Positions 57,601-64,000 of a stretch of 64,000 nucleotides of DNA are shown piece after piece. Both the position numbers and the translations under genes were made by a program. How positions within the stretch are numbered: position 1 is the stretch's first letter; each line of letters starts with the position of its first letter. Under the pieces are notes generated by a model. It saw only the letters and a list, made by a program, of their open reading frames with translations, was not told the origin of the DNA and made no database searches. The DNA is from the human T2T-CHM13v2.0 reference genome, Homo sapiens. The stretch lies in the NCBI RefSeq assembly GCF_009914755.1, contig NC_060925.1. One strand, given 5' to 3'.

Positions 57601-59680
57601 GTACCAGTAAGGTAGAGATTTTAGTCCCTATTTTACATATATATATTAGAAAACTAAGGCTAAAAAATGCTAGAGCAAATTTGGAAAATAGGAATAAATA
57701 TGAAGAAGGAATAAATATCACTATCAACCCCATCGCTCAAAGATAAACCACTCTTAACTGTTGGAAGAACATCCTTCCAGACTTTCTTCTAGGCCTTTTT
57801 AGAAAATTGTCTGCACACCACATAGACTACCTTATTTCACTGCATAATATATCCAGAACATTGAGGGAAGGATTTTCTTAGCCAGAGCTGAACAGAGATG
57901 AAGGGGTCTGCCTGGTTCCTTGTTGGTGGGAGCACGTGAGCACAGCAGCTTGTCCACACAATGTAACAGGGCGTCTCCTGGGGGATGTTTTTGAGCCAGT
58001 CTTCTCTCCTGGCTGTGAGGCTATCCAGGGCTAGGGCCAGGCTGAGTCATCTCACTTTCTTGTGCCCAGCTCAGAGGAGACTTGAGTCAGTTTGATGAAG
58101 TGATCAGCATGAGCCGAGGGACCCAAAAGGGAAATGAGAACCGGCTGAGTCTACAGCTTCTCTGGGCTGGGTCCTTTAGGAAAAGGAATTATGACAGAAG
58201 TGTCCTGGCCTGGGCTCTGCACTCAGTGGGCAAGTCCCTGCCCTTCCCCAGGCCTCCATCTCCCTATCTGTCAGATGGGGATTGAACCAATTTCCCCTAC
58301 AGGCCCTTCGGAGATGGACTGGGTGAAACTCTGGGCCTTGATGCCTGAAAGACTCTGGGGTCTTGAGACCCAGAAGTTGGGGCCTTCTCCCAGGATGGGG
58401 CCCAGCAGCCATATGGGAATCCCCAGCCAATGTGTCAGCATCAACGCTGTGTAACATACTGCACATTTACCTGTGTGGAAGGAAGACTTGGTGACCTGGT
58501 CTTGAGGAACTCCCTGTCATTGGAAGATGAGGCGGCCTAAGGAAAATGTCCTGGAAAGATGGGTCAGCTTGGCAGGGCTGCGGAGCTCCTGGAGCTCTGG
58601 CTGGGAGTTTGGAGACTTGGAAATCCAGTCTCTGCCACTCTCCTGCTTGCTGAGTGGCCTGGGAAGGCCCCACTCCTCCCTATCCCTAATGGCTCTGAGT
58701 CTGTGACCCCGTGAGTTTATCCAAGGCTCTTACTGACTGTTGAGCAATCACTATGCTCTGGTGCTGGTAGCTGCAGAACTGAACCAAAGGATGAGGGTCA
58801 AGGTGGAGGAAGCAGGACTCGAAGAGGCAGCTTGTTCCAGGAGAAGGGAGAGCAATCTTTGGGCCCTGCAGACCTGGTCTGGCACTCTGAGCCTAGATTC
58901 CCTCTCTCTCTCTCTCTCTCTCGTTTAAAGAGTGAATGAGTTAACATATGTCAAGTGGTTGGCACATGGAGGGGCTCAAAAAAATTCCTGTTGTCATGAG
59001 CAAGACCTGGAAGTTGGGGAGACCAAGGGAGGTTCTTGGCCAATGGATGAGGGTAGGCAGCATGGACTGTAGAAGGTCTCTTGACCTTGGAGTGATGGCT
59101 TTGCCTTCGGGCAGCCTAGGCCCATCAGCTGGCAGGGTCACATTCTGTCTCTGTTTCTGGCAACAGCAGGATTTTCCCTCCCTAATTATCAACCTACTTG
59201 GGGAGATGCTAAAAGTAATGCCCATTCCTGGACATATGTCCAATTGTCAAGAGGGCACTGTGGAATTAACTATTTCGTTAGCACATTAAGTGCACAGAGA
59301 GAAATTAAGAAAAAAGACAGAGATTTGCAGGCTATGGGAAGGGAGGCCATGTTGGGGGCACTTCTGGGTGCTCAGCCCTGAAACACGCTTGCAGGAGCCT
59401 ACCTTGTTGAATGGGTGTAAGAAGACCTGGAGCAGCCTCCGACTCTTCTTAAAACACAGTGGAGTATGACAAATTGCTCAACTGCTGAATCGACAGATGG
59501 AGACTTCTTCCCCTCTCCCACTCTGTCCGTGGCTCTCCAAGGTCACCAAATGCTGCCACTCCTGGTTTCTCATGTCCTCTTCAACACAACCTTATGTGTG
59601 ATCATAGTTTTCCATTTCTCAGTTGAAGACACTGAAGCCCAAAGAGGGCATGCGACTTGTCTAAGGCTGCACAGCCAGAA

Positions 59681-59990
59681 TTTTTTTTTTTTTTTTTTTT
59701 TTTTTAATGAGACAGGGTCTCCACTCTCAGGCTGGATTGCAGTGGTGCAATCACAGCTCACTCACTGCAGCCTTGACTTCCCAGGCTCATGTGATCCTCT
59801 CACCTCAGCTTCCTGAGTAGCTGGGACTATAGGCATGCACCACCACATCCAGCTAGTTTTTGGATTTTTGGTAGAGATGGGGTTTCACCATGTTGCTCAG
59901 GCTTATCTCAAACTCCTGGGCTCAAGCCATCCACTTGCCTTGGCCTTCCAAAGTGCTGGGATTACAGGCATGAGCCACCACGCCCTGCCT
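59681..59990 (-). mobile_element. AluJ inserted into a MIR
   Basis: Alu reverse complement; TSD agccagaattt; MIR sequence on both flanks. Confidence 0.88.
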
Positions 59991-60361
59991 CCAGAGCCAG
60001 AATTTGAATCAAGGTACAAGGCCCTGGGTAGACAAGCTGGGATGTGCTGACTAGTGAGACCTCTGCCCAAGACAGCATGGGGTGGTTTGAGCACTGCCCT
60101 GGGTGTCCTGAGACCAGACCCACCACCAAATGGCCATGTGTCCCCAGCAAGTCAGGCCATCTCCCCGGGACTGTTTCCCCACTTGTACCATGGAACTTGA
60201 TTTCAAATCATGAGGAGAATGCTTAGGGCACTCATCTAAATGGGCAGTCCTCGAACGAAAATACTCACACCTGAGCACCTACTATGTACCAAGCCCTCAC
60301 TCTAGCGCCCCATTTGATCCACCCACCAATAGAGGAGGCATCGTCTCATCTTACAGAGTAG

Positions 60362-60791
<430 letters not shown>

Positions 60792-63688
60792 GGTCTCACC
60801 ATCTTTTGAGAGCCACCAGCTCCCTGACCCTGAGTTTCCCCATCAGTAATAGAGCAGTGTGTGCCTGTTGCACTCCGGACACCTGGGCACAGAGCCCCCA
60901 GGAAACCCCAGGCCCCGTGGAGATGGCTGCAGCACAGCCTGTGTCTTGCTTGGCGAGGGATGGTGTCTGGGCCCCGTGGAGCCTGTGTTCCTGGCATTCT
61001 GCCCTGCATGGGGCTTAGTGACTGCCCCCTGGGGCTGCTCTCCACCTCCCACCCTTTCCTTCCTAGCTGGAGACCCCCACTCACTTCTCCACTGGGGGCT
61101 CAGGCTCCAGCTCCTCACCCCGGGCCCCACCTTGAGTTGCTCCCCGTCTAGTGGCTGTGGTTTCACTGACACAGAGGAAACCACAGATGAAGGCGAAGTG
61201 CCAGGCTCCAGTGATAATACCAGCTCAGCTGCACATGGCCTTTCATGGTTTGCAAAACCCATCTCCTGTCCATTAGTGCTTTTTATTCCCCAGAAGCCAG
61301 GAGAGCTAAGAGGATAGCTCCCTCTCCACAGATGGGGAAACCAAGGCCCAGAGTGTGAAGCGACTTTCCTCCAGTCAGTGGTATAGGCAGATTGTAAACA
61401 GGCTGACTTCCAATCCCAGGGTCTCAGCTCAACTTGGCATGTGCCTCTCACCTCAGGAGTTTGGGGACAGCAAAGTTCTGGGGCTCAGAGGGTGGCCAAG
61501 GGCATGGGCTTTGCAGTTGAGAGGACGTGAGTTCAAAACCTGGCTCAGTGTGATCTGGGGTAATTTACTTTGCTTCCCTATAGAATGGGGGTGAAAGTAG
61601 GACCTTCCCCACAGGGCTGTGTGGTTTAACAGTTAATGTGCGTGAAGTGCTGCGGTGCTGGCCATGGTGAGCGGCGTCCTCACCCCTCCTGGGTGCTGGA
61701 GCCCCCGGGGAGCTCTTCAAACAGCAACCCGGCTGCCCTCAGAAAGGCTGACTTTGTTGCTCAGAGGTGGGATCTGCGTGTGCAGCTTGGGGACTCCGGG
61801 TGTTTCTAATGCGCAGCAGCAGTGGGGGGCGCTCTGCTTTATGGAGCCCATTGTGCAGATGGGTAAACAGTCTCTGAGGGGCAAAGTGACCCCAAAGGAC
61901 CCACAGGTCCTCTGGGCTCCTGTTTCTGCCTCCTCCATGACTTGGCTGCCCTCAGATGACTGGTTCCTGAGGGTGCCACCATGCAGGCAGGTGAGGCAGG
62001 GGCTCAGGCCTCCCTGCAGGGCTGGCTGGGCCGTCACGGCCGGGCCTCTCCTTGGGGACTTGATTTCTCCTCCTGTAGATAATAACCACCCCTCACTTCC
62101 CTGCCTCAGGGGTAGAGAAGGTGGCCCTGAGAAGTTGCGTGGTCCTTGACCCAGTGACAGGACTGCTTCAGTCTCTTGGCCAATCTTGCTTGCACTGCCC
62201 CAGGGACGGGGGCTCCTTTTCATCCCAAAGTCATCCCAGGGTCTCCGAGCACAGTCACCTTCTTCTCTCAGGGTGTCCTGCAGAGCTCTGGGGTTGGGGC
62301 CAGGGTCCCCGGGTCTCCTGTGCCCCCAGCACTGTCGGGTATGAGGTTAACCGGGCTCACCCTGTCCTGGCCCTTGTTCTGCACATACTCTTGTCACCAG
62401 CAAATTAATGCAGAGAAGCCATTATTAAATCCCAGCTGTGCACCAGACCCTCTGCTGGGCACTGGGGATACAGGGCCACCAATGTGGTCCCTGCTGTGAC
62501 AAGACAGTCACGAAGTAAAGAGGACTCAGGCCCCAGACCCTCCCGCAAGGAGGCCCCATCCTGGAGGAGCGGAGCCTGCCCCAGCTGCCAGGCACGCGAG
62601 AAATCCCAGCCCAGCCGCACCAGGACTACTTGAATTCATTTCTGGAAAACGTCAAACATCCACACAAGTGCTCTAGAGAACAGCCTCGGAGCCCCAGAGA
62701 ATACCCTGGTGGCCGAGCCTCCAGCGCCGGCATCTCTACTTGCTGTTTCCACACCCTCGGCCCCCTCCAAACCATGGGGCTGCCGGGTTCTTTATTCTGC
62801 CCTAAAACTAATGCAACCAGACCCAAGTCCAACCCCAGAGCCGGGCTCCCTGCCCTCCTGTGCGGAAAGGACACGGACACGCCTGGTGGATGGCGTGGCC
62901 TGGACAGGGCTGCCTGGCGGCATGTCTGTCTCCTCGGCCTCCCATGGCCCTTCTGCAGGATCCTGTTGCACCCAGGCCTGGGGCCCACGATTAAATCGTG
63001 CATTGGCACTGCAGCATGGGGCCAAGGAGGGGCTGGCAGCTCCTTCCCACTTCACATACGTTTGCATTTCCCCCAGAGACGCGACCACTTAGAAACCTAT
63101 AAATCCCTGGCAGGGCTGCCGGCCTAGGCTAGTATATAAATCAGGACTTGTAAAAGCCTAATGGCCCCCTCTGGGCGGGTGAGACGGGCGTGTGCCAAGA
63201 ATCCTCAGGCGGCGCCCCAGGACTCAAGTCTTGGTCTCTAGCTGCAGATGGGCAGGGGGGCAGGCAGGCGCCGGTGCCACAGACCTGCCTGGAATCCCCG
63301 CTCTGCCCCCTCTCCAACCTCGGGCAAGTCACCCCTGTGAGCCTCAGTTCTCTCCTCAGTACAATGAGGTCACAACCCGTGCCTTGCAGAAGGTCATCAG
63401 CAGGCTGCACAAGCCCTCTAGGAGCCCAGCATTCTTTTCTGGTGGGCTGAAGGGATGGGGGACAGAGCGCAAATGGGGCCCTGAAGCCTGGGCTCTCTGC
63501 TGCCTGCTGCTGGCCTGCCACCTGCTCTGAAACTCAGACAGGTCCCATGCCCCTCCACACCCGTGTCCTCCAACCGCGTTGACGGGTGTTTGCTGTGGTC
63601 CTGCTCTGGGCGAGGGGCTGTGGGGCCAGGTCCTTGTTTCCTCGTTGTCTCTCTGGCTCCACTGATGGGTATAAGAAACAGGTACTGT

Positions 63689-63730
63689 GTGCTGGCTGTG
63701 TGCCGGGTGCTGGCTGTGTGCCGTGTGCTG
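63689..63730. repeat. Short tandem repeat, 18-bp unit gtgctggctgtgtgccgg (~2.3 copies)
   Basis: Direct reading; embedded in L2-like sequence. Confidence 0.8.
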
Positions 63731-64000
63731 TTCCAGGGGCTGGGCAGTCAGCAGTGAAGAGGACAGCTCAGGCCCTGACCTCCTGGGACGGACGTTCTAG
63801 CAGGGGCCTCAGCAGCGCAGTCCCCTCTCAGCAGAGGGGCCTCCCGAGGCCCAAAGCTGCCGGGTCACTCCCCTGACCACCCCCCGGTCGGCTAGATTAG
63901 GGGGCGTGGAGAGAGGCTGGAAGGGGTGGCAGAAACAGAGTCTCTTGGGCCTGGGCTTCCCTTCTGTGCAGTGAGTGGGGTGGGGCTGGTGGTCTCAGTG

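Overview
Human (hominoid) genomic DNA at the DMRTB1 locus, which I recall as 1p32.3 between LRP8 and GLIS1. There is one intact protein-coding gene: DMRTB1 (DMRT6), + strand, 4 coding exons, 21697-28905, 342 aa, poly(A) signal at 29712. An intronless, CpG-rich, multiply disabled copy of the mitochondrial phosphate carrier (SLC25A3P1) lies on the - strand at about 607-1611. The rest is mostly interspersed repeats: about 25 Alus, MIR/L2/L1 fragments, a dense LTR cluster at 3.7-12.1 kb (including solo LTR13 and LTR7 with perfect TSDs), a young 5'-truncated L1PA2, and a decayed ERVL-class provirus at 38.6-43.6 kb. No prokaryote-type system, CRISPR array, tRNA or rRNA gene is visible, and I found no clearly new biological system. 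The best leads are: (1) a promoter-like block in DMRTB1 intron 1 with an open, in-phase candidate alternative first coding exon that would give a DM-domain-less isoform; (2) a 115-bp fossil duplicate of the pseudogene that preserves the pre-inactivation sequence; (3) signs that SLC25A3P1 is a long-functional retrogene that died recently; (4) a solo LTR7 carrying the ACAAAAGA SOX motif 9.6 kb upstream of DMRTB1. Repeat subfamily names come from recalled consensus sequences and need RepeatMasker/Dfam confirmation.
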